NCBI GenBank assembly: GCA_041661105.1
Contig: JBAZVB010000002.1
Location: 299,865 to 363,864, forward strand
Length of the DNA: 64,000 nucleotides
Direction of reading: 5' to 3'
From: Patescibacteria group bacterium
GTDB taxonomy: Bacteria; Patescibacteriota; Patescibacteriia; 2-12-FULL-60-25
Part shown: piece by piece, positions 26,701 through 35,381 of the stretch
Layout: each line of letters opens with the position of its first letter
Numbering within the stretch: the first letter of the stretch is position 1
Program-made: the position numbers and the translations under genes
The notes under the pieces: generated by a model
Told to the model about the DNA's origin: nothing
Seen by the model: only the letters and a program-made list of their open reading frames with translations
Databases searched by the model: none

Positions 26701-27364
26701 TCCCTTTAAGTACATGGCATCCAAGCTGAGCGGCGTTGTCTCGCCGATTTCGAAGTTGCCAGAGTTGAAGAAGGAAAAGAAGGCAAGGATCGGTGGCGTC
26801 ATCACGACCGTCAAAAAAATCTATACCAAAAAAAACGAACCGATGCTGTTTTGTCGTTTGGAAGACGGGATTTCAGACTGTGAGGTGGTGGTCTTCCCGC
26901 GGGTTTATCAAGACACGGTCGATTGTTGGGTAGAGGATAAGGTTGTGGTCGTCAGCGGTCGTCCGGCCGAAGACGCGGGCAAGTGGAAACTTTTGGCCGA
27001 AGCGGCTTATGAGGTCACGCCGCAGAATATAGACGAGATCGCCAGGTCAACAGGTGTCAGTGATCAGGTGTCAGTGATCAGTAAGGACGGCCAGGACGAT
27101 CAGGACGTTAAGGACGATAGAGGATGTTCAGTGTCGGATGAAGAGAAGCCAGTCGTCCTGTATGTCAGCGCCACTTTGTCTGAAACAACGGTCCGCAAGC
27201 TACGTGAAGTTTTTGACGCCAATCTCGGCACCCAGCCGGTTGAATTTTTAATTGATGACGTGGAAGGTCGCCGCCGGGTCAAAGCCTCGGCCAAAATCCA
27301 CCTGACACCGGAAGCTATCGCCCAACTCGAATCGCTCTTAGGACCGAGAACGGTCACATTCTGA
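23771..27364 (+). CDS. dnaE: DNA polymerase III alpha subunit
   Basis: PHP domain FVHLHVHSMYSLSDAMG, polymerase core, OB fold. Repeat-derived insert near the C-terminus (27051..27127). Confidence 0.95.
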   Translation: MLEDKDEIQRNKAPFVHLHVHSMYSLSDAMGDVDEVVKSAKAKGFDTIALTDHGALYGTIEFYEAAQKEGIKPIIGLEANIAPNLLTDRRPRIDDWTYHLTLLVETHEGYQNLLKLVSISYLDGFYYKPRMDKNILRQYHQGLIALSGCMKGQIPKACQEKDLVKAEAALREYQDIFGVDNFFLELVHHPESPTQIDINQNLIRLSQKTGAPLVATKDVHYIDEDDAEAQDALQCIHAGKLISDTNRFTIRTMDHSMVSADVMIQAFADVPEAIENTRKIADRCNVKLELGKNLLPKFDVPEGETEMSYLRKLSRQGLVERYGNEPTTEAKERMEFELSVVERMGFSGYFLIVHDYVNWAKDHGVIVGPGRGSGAGSIMAYALKITNLDPLHYGLLFERFLNPDRISMPDFDMDFDDVRRKDVIEYVTKKYGADRVAGIITFGTMAARAAVRDVGRVLGWTFQEVDRVAKVIPPPVQGKNIPIHISRKENPELKALDETDPRVTQLLDLASRLEGTSRHASQHACGIVIAPGALVEYAPLQKAQGGDVEQVIQYSLHPCEAVGLLKMDFLGLSNLTIIRECLEIIEAVHGDQINLDYIPLDDEQTFELLGRAETTGVFQLESDGMKRYIRELRPSCIDDIIAMVALYRPGPMQFIDSFIARKHGKEKIVYAHPLTENALKSTYGIPVYQEQVMQVSKDMAGFTGGQADTLRKAMGKKIAKLMAEMREKFINGSVKNGVEQSIAESVFTQFEEFAAYGFCKSHAACYAMIAYQTAYLKSRYPECFMAALLNSDSLNMDRVTIEVEECRRMGINVLPPDVNESFAGFSVIKSTVQPSPERKAGQRGTIRFGLLAIKGLGNDVVEYIIHERKQNGQYKDLADFVKRVQGKYINKKSLESLVRSGAMDRFGDRGQLFYNIENILDFHRQAEREVQSGQFNLFATSAQSPAAGLNLKPSPMVTPQEKLKWEKELLGLYVSEHPFKYMASKLSGVVSPISKLPELKKEKKARIGGVITTVKKIYTKKNEPMLFCRLEDGISDCEVVVFPRVYQDTVDCWVEDKVVVVSGRPAEDAGKWKLLAEAAYEVTPQNIDEIARSTGVSDQVSVISKDGQDDQDVKDDRGCSVSDEEKPVVLYVSATLSETTVRKLREVFDANLGTQPVEFLIDDVEGRRRVKASAKIHLTPEAIAQLESLLGPRTVTF

Positions 27365-27374
27365 AACAACTTTA

Positions 27375-27536
27375 TTGTCACCTCGACTGGAGCATCCCTC
27401 CCTTCTGTCATCTCGAGCGATAGTCTCACGCCTGAGGCGGATGCGCCTATGGAGCAGAGAGATCGCATAAACCGAAGTCACTTAGTCACATTCGACCGAC
27501 GATTTCTCGACTCGTCGTACTCGCTCGAAATGACAA
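27375..27536. repeat. MITE/REP-like inverted-repeat element
   Basis: gtcatctcgagcgatag (27407-27423) pairs with tactcgctcgaaatgac (27518-27535). An extra outer copy ttgtcacctcgac is also present. Its translation accounts for the spurious ORFs 27100..27468 and 27478..27765. Confidence 0.6.
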
Positions 27537-27597
27537 TGAGGAGTACTGATTGGTTTGATGTTTGTTTCTTGGTTTTTGTGTTATAATTTCCCCCAGT

Positions 27598-28785
27598 ATG
27601 GGCATTAAAATCTCGCGCAGCCCGGCGGCTCATTTCCCACAGCCTCCGACCCCTAAGCTTTTCCGCAATATCGCCGTAACCTTTGTTTTGGTGACGGTGG
27701 CGGTCATTGGCGTGGCTCTTTGGACCTCCTCGGTTAAGGCCAAAGTCATCGTCAAGGTCAAGCATGAGCCGGTTAACGTGGATACGGTCTTGGATGTCTC
27801 AGGCACGCCGTCCTCCGGTCAAATCAAGGGCAGGGTGGTCACGGGAACCTTTACTGAAGCCAAGGAGTTCGTGGTTACGGCTGTCAGCACAACGGTGATT
27901 GCCGCCGCCATACCCACCAAGGCTACGGGCAAGGTCAAAATTATCAATCAATACTCGAAGGATCAGCCCTTGGTCGTTAAAACTCGTCTTCTGGCATCAG
28001 ACGGGCGTTTATACAGGATCACCAAGACGATTGACGTCCCAGCTGGAGGTTCAGTTGAGGTCGAAGCCACCTCGGACGAGGTTGGTAGCCAATATAATCT
28101 CCCAATTGGAACTAAACTAACCATCCCAGGCCTGTGGAAAGATATCCAATCCATGATTTACGCCGAAACGATTACGGCTTTTGGCGGAGTTGGTGCGAGC
28201 CATCCGGGAGGGACGGCCAAAATCTTGACGGCGGACGCTTTGGATAAGGGGCAGGAAGAACTTTATGCGGCGGCTTTGGATAAGGCTAAGCAGACCTTAA
28301 GCGTGGAAGCCGGAGCAGACCAGAATTGGGAGTCCATTTATTTGGTTGGCAGTTCACAGAAACAAAGCAACGCTGCTGTTGGCCAAGAGGCGGATAGCTT
28401 TCTGGCCCAGGTCAAAGTCACGGTCACAGCCGTCTTTTTCCCCAAAGAAGACGTGATTGCTTTTATCCGGTCGCGGCTCAATGACAAGATCCCTGAAGGG
28501 CAGAGTCTGGGTGATTTTGATTTGAGCAAAGCTTCTTTCAAACTCGAAAGCACTGATCCTGGCAAAGGTACAGCCCGTCTGGCAGTCTCGGCCGAAGGGG
28601 AAAGCCGCCTCACGGTCGACAGTCCATCCCTGCGCAAAGATTTGATTGTGGGTTTGCCTTCCGATGAAGTCATCCGCAAATGGTCAGCTTTGGACGGCGT
28701 CGAGCAGGTGGATGTGGAACTCCAACCCAGTTGGGTGCACCGGTTGCCGAGCATGAAAGATAAAATTACGGTTGTGATTAATTAG
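27598..28785 (+). CDS. Membrane-anchored hypothetical protein
   Basis: Start at MGIKISR, directly after the extended -10 tgtgttataat. One TM segment, then a beta-rich extracytoplasmic region. Confidence 0.5.
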   Translation: MGIKISRSPAAHFPQPPTPKLFRNIAVTFVLVTVAVIGVALWTSSVKAKVIVKVKHEPVNVDTVLDVSGTPSSGQIKGRVVTGTFTEAKEFVVTAVSTTVIAAAIPTKATGKVKIINQYSKDQPLVVKTRLLASDGRLYRITKTIDVPAGGSVEVEATSDEVGSQYNLPIGTKLTIPGLWKDIQSMIYAETITAFGGVGASHPGGTAKILTADALDKGQEELYAAALDKAKQTLSVEAGADQNWESIYLVGSSQKQSNAAVGQEADSFLAQVKVTVTAVFFPKEDVIAFIRSRLNDKIPEGQSLGDFDLSKASFKLESTDPGKGTARLAVSAEGESRLTVDSPSLRKDLIVGLPSDEVIRKWSALDGVEQVDVELQPSWVHRLPSMKDKITVVIN

Positions 28786-28850
28786 CATCAGAGCTTGACA
28801 GAGGAACTTTAGGCGCTTAGGATAGCGCCACTTGTTGTAAACGTTCGCAA

Positions 28851-30200
28851 ATGGAGGAAGGCATGAAAAAGATTCATGACGTTTCAAAACAGGGTGCACA
28901 TTCCAAGGCTCACAAGTGTCCCAAGGCCAAGGAGTTGCTTGGACCGCCGGTGGACGTTTGGTCTGTTGAAGACGCCCAAACCACGGAAGATGTGATTCTG
29001 CATTGCATGCCCGCGTTTGGCGCAGCCTACGTCCGGCGTATCTACCAGATCCTGGACTTGGCCATTGGTCGGGGCGTGCCGCTCATCATGGCCGTGGCCG
29101 GACCGGTCACCGTGTCCAACCAACACCGCGCCTGGCTCATCCCTTTGCTCAAGACCGGCTGGGTGGCATACCTGACCATCACGGACGCGGCTTGTTACCA
29201 CGACGGCCACGACTCGCTTGAGAAATTCGATGCGCGCCCCTTGCGCGAGGCGGCTATCGAAGGCAGAGATCTGGAGTACGGGGAGAACAAGGTAATCCGT
29301 ATCACGGACGTGGGCATGAAAGAAGAGATCTTGTATAAGCAGGATCAATTCTTCACGGCTCTACTTCGGCAACCTGAGTTTCAACGCAAGATGACCGGCA
29401 CTGAATTTCGCCATTTGGTAGGCAAGTACTACCAAGCCCAGGAAAAGGCACATGGCGTCAAGCCGGGGCTTCTTTCCACTTGCTATGACATGGGCATCCC
29501 TGTGTTCGTGGGCGCGCCCGGCGACGGGTCTGCGTATCTGAACTCGGTCAAACTCTGGGCACTTAATCGACTGGGTGTGATTAACCACAAGTTTGGGATC
29601 GATGTGCATGAAGAGGTGTTCGAGTCATGCGCCTACCACTACTACGGTTTGACTCATGACCCCAAGCAGTTGGCCATCCTGATTTTGGGTGGCGGCGTGC
29701 CCAAGAACTTCAGCCTCCAGCCCGAACCCACGCTCTCGCAGATCTTCATGCTGGATGATATCCGCGGATACGACTATGACGTGCAGATCGTGAGCTCGCC
29801 GGTTACGGACGGATCGCTTTCCGGTTGCAAAGGGCAGGAAGCGCACACTTGGGGCAAAGTCTCGCGCGAGGCGTTGGCTTCAACCGTGGAGAGTGTGCAA
29901 GCGGATTACTCCATGATTATGCCCTTCATCGTCCGAGCCCTGCTCGAAAAACGCAAGCGCGTGATCAAGCAATACGACGCCAAAAAAGTACATTTCCCTG
30001 TGCGCGAGCAGGACAAGGGTTACTTGCGAGGTTACGCCACGCATCCATACCGATTGTACGATCTGCGCGAAGAACTCAGATCCGCGCTCTTGTGCAAGAT
30101 CAATGAGCCCAAACAGCTCAAGCGCCTCAAGAGTACATTCAACTTCCCGCTTCAGTTCCTGGCCCGCGCCAAGGGCGGAGGCATGGGGGACGACGTCTAG
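28851..30200 (+). CDS. Deoxyhypusine synthase-like protein
   Basis: LILGGGVPKNF and VTDGSLSGCKGQEAHTWGKVS resemble the DHS family NAD/spermidine-site motifs. TTGACA-17-TAGGAT promoter upstream. GC-rich. The start may be the Met at 28863. Confidence 0.65.
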   Translation: MEEGMKKIHDVSKQGAHSKAHKCPKAKELLGPPVDVWSVEDAQTTEDVILHCMPAFGAAYVRRIYQILDLAIGRGVPLIMAVAGPVTVSNQHRAWLIPLLKTGWVAYLTITDAACYHDGHDSLEKFDARPLREAAIEGRDLEYGENKVIRITDVGMKEEILYKQDQFFTALLRQPEFQRKMTGTEFRHLVGKYYQAQEKAHGVKPGLLSTCYDMGIPVFVGAPGDGSAYLNSVKLWALNRLGVINHKFGIDVHEEVFESCAYHYYGLTHDPKQLAILILGGGVPKNFSLQPEPTLSQIFMLDDIRGYDYDVQIVSSPVTDGSLSGCKGQEAHTWGKVSREALASTVESVQADYSMIMPFIVRALLEKRKRVIKQYDAKKVHFPVREQDKGYLRGYATHPYRLYDLREELRSALLCKINEPKQLKRLKSTFNFPLQFLARAKGGGMGDDV

Positions 30201-30224
30201 GCAGTCACTCGACTGTCTTTTTTT
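30201..30224 (+). terminator. Intrinsic terminator after the DHS-like gene
   Basis: cagtc-actc-gactg followed by tcttttttt. Confidence 0.5.
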
Positions 30225-30226
30225 AT

Positions 30227-30255
30227 TTGACGTTTTAAATCGATCGGTCTATTCT
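30227..30255 (+). promoter_or_regulatory. Sigma-70-type promoter of the thrS leader
   Basis: TTGACG (30227-30232), 17-nt spacer, TATTCT (30250-30255). Confidence 0.5.
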
Positions 30256-30261
30256 ATTTCT

Positions 30262-30403
30262 TGTTCCGGCTACCAACCGGATATCGGAGGAAAACTAGAT
30301 AAAAGAGCCTCGATGAAAGTCGGGGAAGGCGGGTGGAACCGCCCCACGAAGCTTTAGCGAAGTGGGGTCCCGACGAGTTAATTATTAGCTGGTCGGATTT
30401 TTA
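30262..30403 (+). promoter_or_regulatory. Candidate T-box leader (Thr-specific) with a very short specifier hairpin
   Basis: Antiterminator-like fold: A1 CGGG (30330-33), 7-nt bulge UGGAACC (30334-40), A2 GCCCCAC (30341-47), loop, GUGGGGU (30362-68), CCCG (30369-72). GGGUGGAACCGC matches the T-box consensus. Hairpin uccgg-CUACCAA-ccgga (30265-30281) presents ACC followed by A. A weak alternative hairpin cccgac...gtcgg plus a T-run lies at 30369-30403. Confidence 0.6.
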
Positions 30404-30410
30404 TATAAAT

Positions 30411-30521
30411 GCAAAATTCAAAGAGCAAAATTCAAAATGAAGGTGTCGCTTCGCGATTTAATTATAATTTTAATGCCATAGGCCACCAGCATTTTACTTT
30501 TTGAATCTTGAATTTTGAATT
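30411..30521. repeat. Composite inverted-repeat element, copy 3
   Basis: Arms gcaaaattcaaagagcaaaattcaaaatgaagg / agcattttactttttgaatcttgaattttgaatt. Core ggtgtcgcttcgcgat-AT-rich-gccataggccacc. Confidence 0.8.
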
Positions 30522-30533
30522 ATAATAAATATT

Positions 30534-32321
30534 ATGCATTCTTCATTAGAGACCACGCGTCACAGCGCAGCCCATGTCATGGCGGCCGCTATTCAAAGTT
30601 TGTTTCCCAACGCCAAGTTCGGCGTGGGGCCAGCCATCGACAATGGTTTTTACTATGACATAGATATCGGTCGCACGGTCACGCCGGAAGATTTGAAAGA
30701 TATCCAGAAAGCCATGCAAAAGCTGGCTAATAAGAAATTAGCTTTCGAGCGGCAGGAGATGAAGGCTGATGAGGCTATCGAACTTTTTGAAAAGCTTGAC
30801 CAGCCTTTTAAGGTTGAATTATTGAACGATATTAAAACTAAAGGCACAACCAAACTCTCGGCTGAAGAGGAGGGCGACGTCGATCCGGCCATGAAAGGCA
30901 AGGTTAGTATCTACAAGACGGGTGAGTTCACAGATCTCTGTCGCGGCCCTCACGTAGAAGACTCGAGCCAGATTGGAGCCTTTAAAGTCTGGAAAATGGC
31001 CGGCGCCTTTTGGAGAGGCAAAGAAACCAATCCGCAACTTCAGCGTATTTATGGTTTGTGTTTTGCGACGCAAGATGAGTTGGAGGCTTATGAGAAGATG
31101 ATGGTAGAAGCTGAAAAGCGTGACCATAAAAAATTGGGCAAGGAACTCGGTTTATTCTCTTTCTCAGACTTGGTAGGTAGCGGTCTGCCTCTCTGGTCGC
31201 CTAAGGGCACGATTTTGAGGACTTTGTTGGATGAATACGTCTGGGAACTGCGCAAAGCCAGGGGTTTTAATAAAGTTGCCATTCCTCACATCACCAAAAA
31301 AGAGCTCTACATCAAGAGCGGCCATTGGGCCAAGTTTAAGGATGAGCTTTTTAAGATCGTGACCCGTGAAAAGCACGAGTTCGCGCTCAAGCCCATGAAC
31401 TGTCCGCATCACACTCAGATTTTTGATTCTGAGATGCGGAGCTATCGCGACATGCCCCAGCGCTATGCTGAAACGACCATGTGCTATCGCGATGAGCAGA
31501 CGGGCGAACTGTCTGGCCTTTCCCGCGTTCGATGCATCACTCAGGATGATGCGCACGTTTTTTGCCGCCAGAACCAGATTGAGCAAGAGATGTTTGCCAT
31601 CTGGGATATTGTAGATGCTTTTTATGCCACCTTTGGTTTTGAGCTCAAGCTCAGGCTCTCAACGCATGATCCGGATCATTTTGAGAAATACTTGGGGACG
31701 CCGGAGGTGTGGCAAGGGGCTGAGTCTCAACTTAAGAAGTTAATCGAGAAGCGAGGAGTGGATTATGTGGAAGGCAAGGGCGAGGCGGCTATGTACGGCC
31801 CCAAACTCGACTTCATGGGCAAGGATGCTTTGGGTCGGTTGCACCAAGTGGCTACTATTCAGCTCGATTTCAACATGCCGGCTAATTTTGACCTGAATTG
31901 CGTCAATGAAAAAGGCGAAAAGGAACCGGTCGTTATGATCCATTGCGCCATTATGGGATCAATCGAGCGTTTCTTGGCGGTCTTGATCGAGCATTATGCC
32001 GGTGCTTTCCCGCTTTGGCTTTCTCCGGTCCAGGTGGCAGTCTTGCCGGTAGCTGATCGTCATAATGACGCGGCCTATGCCTTCGCGTCTAAGTTAATAG
32101 AACAGGGGATCAGGGTTGAGATTGATAATACGACTGAATCCGTTGGTAAAAAAATCCGCAACGCCGAAAAGCAAAAAACGCCTTGCATGCTGGTTTACGG
32201 TGAAAAAGAAGCTGAGGGCAAAGAACTGACAGTTCGTTGGCGTGGTCAAGCAGACCAAGAAACGCTACCTATTGCAGCGTTCCTGGAAAAAGTCTTAAAT
32301 TTAATTATAAATAGACAGTAG
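30534..32321 (+). CDS. thrS: Threonine--tRNA ligase (begins at the editing-domain HxxxH; no TGS domain)
   Basis: RHSAAHVMA editing motif, class II core, HCAIMGSIERF, and a C-terminal anticodon-binding domain. Confidence 0.95.
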   Translation: MHSSLETTRHSAAHVMAAAIQSLFPNAKFGVGPAIDNGFYYDIDIGRTVTPEDLKDIQKAMQKLANKKLAFERQEMKADEAIELFEKLDQPFKVELLNDIKTKGTTKLSAEEEGDVDPAMKGKVSIYKTGEFTDLCRGPHVEDSSQIGAFKVWKMAGAFWRGKETNPQLQRIYGLCFATQDELEAYEKMMVEAEKRDHKKLGKELGLFSFSDLVGSGLPLWSPKGTILRTLLDEYVWELRKARGFNKVAIPHITKKELYIKSGHWAKFKDELFKIVTREKHEFALKPMNCPHHTQIFDSEMRSYRDMPQRYAETTMCYRDEQTGELSGLSRVRCITQDDAHVFCRQNQIEQEMFAIWDIVDAFYATFGFELKLRLSTHDPDHFEKYLGTPEVWQGAESQLKKLIEKRGVDYVEGKGEAAMYGPKLDFMGKDALGRLHQVATIQLDFNMPANFDLNCVNEKGEKEPVVMIHCAIMGSIERFLAVLIEHYAGAFPLWLSPVQVAVLPVADRHNDAAYAFASKLIEQGIRVEIDNTTESVGKKIRNAEKQKTPCMLVYGEKEAEGKELTVRWRGQADQETLPIAAFLEKVLNLIINRQ

Positions 32322-32398
32322 ACGGTAGCAGGTAGACGATAGCCTGAAAATCAAACTACGTTCTGGCTACCAGCTACCGTCTAAAAGCTATCGTCTAG
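32311..32398. repeat. TAGACGATAGC/GGTAGAC-word hairpin between convergent genes (likely bidirectional terminator)
   Basis: atagacagtagacggtagcaggtagacgatagcc ... ggctaccagctaccgtctaaaagctatcgtctag. Confidence 0.75.
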
Positions 32399-35299
32399 TT
32401 AAGCCGCCTTGTTTTTTCCTTGAGCCCGAATCGTTCGGGCTTTCTTGGCTTTTGGTGCTTCTGATTTAACGGTTGAAGCTTTCGTCTCACCGAATTTTGG
32501 TTTGGCGCGCATCATGCTAAAATCCTGACCCTCCTGCTCCTTTTGGCGGGCTATTTCTTTTTCAGCTTTAGCTATCTCAGTATCCAGCTTGCTTAAAGTT
32601 GATTCGACAATGTCTTGGGCAAAATCATCAGCGAAATCAGCGGGGCTCAACGCTCTTAGGAAGATGTAAGCGGCCGTTTCAGGAGATTGGTTGAACCTCT
32701 CGGTATGGCGGACAATGTCCATCATCTGGGGCAAATCACGATATTCGTCTGAGAAGCGATCTTTTTTGAAGTTAGGTAAATTCTCAATCTTCTTAAGCAT
32801 GTCGCTGACTTCTCGCTCTATGGTCGCGCCTAATTTAGCTTCCATGATGATCGGTGCCACTAGATCCCATCGCTTAGCCGCGCCAGCGCCCAGCTTTTCG
32901 ATGGCCCAGGCGGTGTTAAAAGGTTGGAGCTCTTTAGTTTCGAGCCTAGCCGTCTTTTCAAGCTTGGAGCGGGTCTTCTCGCGTGCGCCTGAGTGTACGT
33001 CGCCTTCATATTTTCCTCTTTGTACGCGTTTTGAGGCCAGGTCGCTGCCGATCACACCCATACGGCCAATGCCTGACTTGCCAGTCGTTGCCACAGATGG
33101 ATCCTCGTTGTCCCCGAGTATTCCTTGGTCACGCCAGGTAGCGTTGATTAAGTTAATCCTTTTTTGTAAGGCGGCTGCTGCCTGCTCGTCATTTTCCTTG
33201 TAAGCTTTGTCGCGTTTACTCGCCAAGCCGATGTAATCTTCTATCTGTTCTTCATCTTTGACTCTTTCCGTCAACTCTTGCCTTAAATTGTGATAGGGAT
33301 CAGCTTTCTCTTTGGTGCGTAGAGATAGAGCCTTCTCTTTTTTAGGAGCGGACGGTTTTTCCAAACGGTTAGCCACGGCTTCCAGTTCGTCAGTTGCGTG
33401 ATTGACCATCTCTGACCTTTCAACGGACAAGTCGCGCAATTCCTGGATGATTTTTTTGCTGAATTTGCCTTTAGCTCTTTCGATGATGCCGTCTCGGCGC
33501 GCGTCAAAAACGCTTATATCGTTTTGCAAATTTTTCAAAATCGGAACCATAGCTGCATTATCGGCATGTTTCGCGATCAGAGGATGGTCACGGACTACGC
33601 CTTTAAACCAGCCGGCTCTTTCTATTTCCTCCTCCTTAGTTCTATGTTCAATAAAGGCGGTCAGTATTTTTTTTCCTTGGGGAGACAGAGTGTCCTCAAA
33701 TTTAACATCTTCCTCTCCGTAAGCCGCTTTCATCTCCTCGGGAGTCAATTCGCCCTCGCCAACTTCTATGGCCGGCGTTTCCGCTCTCTTGCGTTTTTCA
33801 GCCGAAGGCGGGGGAGGGGCTTTCTTTGAAACGCTTTCTTCGACCGGCTCAAGCCTTTCCAAACTGGATTCTTCTAATTTTTCGGCTATGGCTCGGGCTT
33901 CTGCCAGCAAAGAGTCATGCTGAGATAAAAAAACTCCATTATTTTCAAGTTCTTCTTGCTTGGCTTGGATTTGCTTTCTGATTTCTTCTGCCTTTTCCTG
34001 CGCAGTCTGTCTTATTTTTTTAGTAGTTTTTTTTCTTAACTGATCAGATAATGTCTCCAACTCTTTATCTAAAGCGTCTATTTCTGTTTGAAGATGGTTA
34101 ACCCTTTCATCCTCACCCTTGATCAGCTCGCCCAATTCCGTCAGCTTTTCGTAAACTTTACCTTGGCCGCGGAATTCATAAAGCGGCGTTCCCGGCTGGA
34201 TGATGTCCGTGTTGGCCAAATCGCCGTCAATTAGCCCCTCGAAATGAGTTTTTTGCAGAAGTTCAGGTTCACTGGCCCCTTCGTTAAGCTCAGACAGGTC
34301 AACTTCCATGCTTTCTTCCTCCGGCATCCTGACGCTTTCGGCCAGGGGAGAGGTTTTAATTTCAGGGATAATGTCCTCAGCTCCTAAGGTCTTGGATTTA
34401 ACTTGAGCTCTTTCGATCCTCTCGCCGATGTTTGGTTTCTTGACGGCCGGTTTTTCTTCTACCACTTCGACGTGGATGTTCTCCAAAGCTTTGTCAGCTT
34501 CGTCCGATTGTTTAGTTTCAATCTCTTTAATTCTGGTTCTCAGAGTTCTGGGTTTTTTGGTTGTAGCCACCTGTTCAGCGATTGATCTGGCTTTAGCCGC
34601 CTCAATCCGCGCCGCCAGGCTCTCCGGAGGAGCTTCCGGTTCAACTACTTCGATATGTACTTCGTCCAGAGCCTTCTCGGCTTGGCTGGCCTGTCTTGTC
34701 TCGAGTTCCTCAATCCGGGACTTAATGCTTCTTAAGGTTCTGGGTTTTCTGGCTATAGAACCCGGCCTGACGACAGAGATGTCAGGAGTCAGTTTAACTT
34801 CCAAAGTTTTTTCAGCCAGTTTTAACTGGTCCAATAGTTCATTAAGGCTCGAGCTATCGGTTTTTTTGCCGGTGATCTTACCCAACCAGGCACCAAATCT
34901 GTCCCCTAAAGTGATGTTGGACTTTATCTCTTCAGCAGTCTTGCCAGTGACAGAATGGCCGATAATGGTCCCGACCCTTCCTCTCAGGGATTTAATTTTC
35001 GCTTGGAGCTTATCAACCTCATTCGAAGGTCTGTGCGATACCTCATTAGAGACTGACCTGCGGAGAGAAGCTACATGCTTAACTTCCTCAGTCTCGGTTT
35101 GCGTTTCCAGACGAGAGGATCGGCGCCGGGCGCTGGGCGTCTCTTGGGCCGGAGTTTCGCGGGGCCCTGCACCGTATGGTTCAGGGCGGGGAACCGGCTT
35201 CGCTTCCATCATGCTGAAAGCCTTTCTTTTAGAAGGGGTTTCAGGGGCCGGTGTGGCCTTGGGTTCTCTGTCCGTCAAAGGAATATCAAATTTTTGCAT
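32399..35299 (-). CDS. 966-aa Lys/Glu-rich coiled-coil protein, unknown function
   Basis: Long ORF. Heptad-like charged repeats, for example LQTEIDALDKELETLSDQLRKK. No TM segment or recognised domain. Confidence 0.55.
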   Translation of the reverse strand: MQKFDIPLTDREPKATPAPETPSKRKAFSMMEAKPVPRPEPYGAGPRETPAQETPSARRRSSRLETQTETEEVKHVASLRRSVSNEVSHRPSNEVDKLQAKIKSLRGRVGTIIGHSVTGKTAEEIKSNITLGDRFGAWLGKITGKKTDSSSLNELLDQLKLAEKTLEVKLTPDISVVRPGSIARKPRTLRSIKSRIEELETRQASQAEKALDEVHIEVVEPEAPPESLAARIEAAKARSIAEQVATTKKPRTLRTRIKEIETKQSDEADKALENIHVEVVEEKPAVKKPNIGERIERAQVKSKTLGAEDIIPEIKTSPLAESVRMPEEESMEVDLSELNEGASEPELLQKTHFEGLIDGDLANTDIIQPGTPLYEFRGQGKVYEKLTELGELIKGEDERVNHLQTEIDALDKELETLSDQLRKKTTKKIRQTAQEKAEEIRKQIQAKQEELENNGVFLSQHDSLLAEARAIAEKLEESSLERLEPVEESVSKKAPPPPSAEKRKRAETPAIEVGEGELTPEEMKAAYGEEDVKFEDTLSPQGKKILTAFIEHRTKEEEIERAGWFKGVVRDHPLIAKHADNAAMVPILKNLQNDISVFDARRDGIIERAKGKFSKKIIQELRDLSVERSEMVNHATDELEAVANRLEKPSAPKKEKALSLRTKEKADPYHNLRQELTERVKDEEQIEDYIGLASKRDKAYKENDEQAAAALQKRINLINATWRDQGILGDNEDPSVATTGKSGIGRMGVIGSDLASKRVQRGKYEGDVHSGAREKTRSKLEKTARLETKELQPFNTAWAIEKLGAGAAKRWDLVAPIIMEAKLGATIEREVSDMLKKIENLPNFKKDRFSDEYRDLPQMMDIVRHTERFNQSPETAAYIFLRALSPADFADDFAQDIVESTLSKLDTEIAKAEKEIARQKEQEGQDFSMMRAKPKFGETKASTVKSEAPKAKKARTIRAQGKNKAA

Positions 35300-35381
35300 A
35301 TATAAATAAAATATCTGGCTAAATTATACACTAAAAACCGCCTCGATGTTACATCGGGGCGGCTTTGACCTGTGGATTAAA

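Noticed and set aside
30300-30372. GAAAGUCGGGG...GGUGGAACCGCC as a fragment of RNase P RNA or SRP RNA.
   Set aside because: The region is too short, and it lacks the GGAAAGUCCGGGC/P4 context and the SRP GGAA/AGCA loops. The helix-bulge-helix with UGGAACC fits a T-box antiterminator much better.
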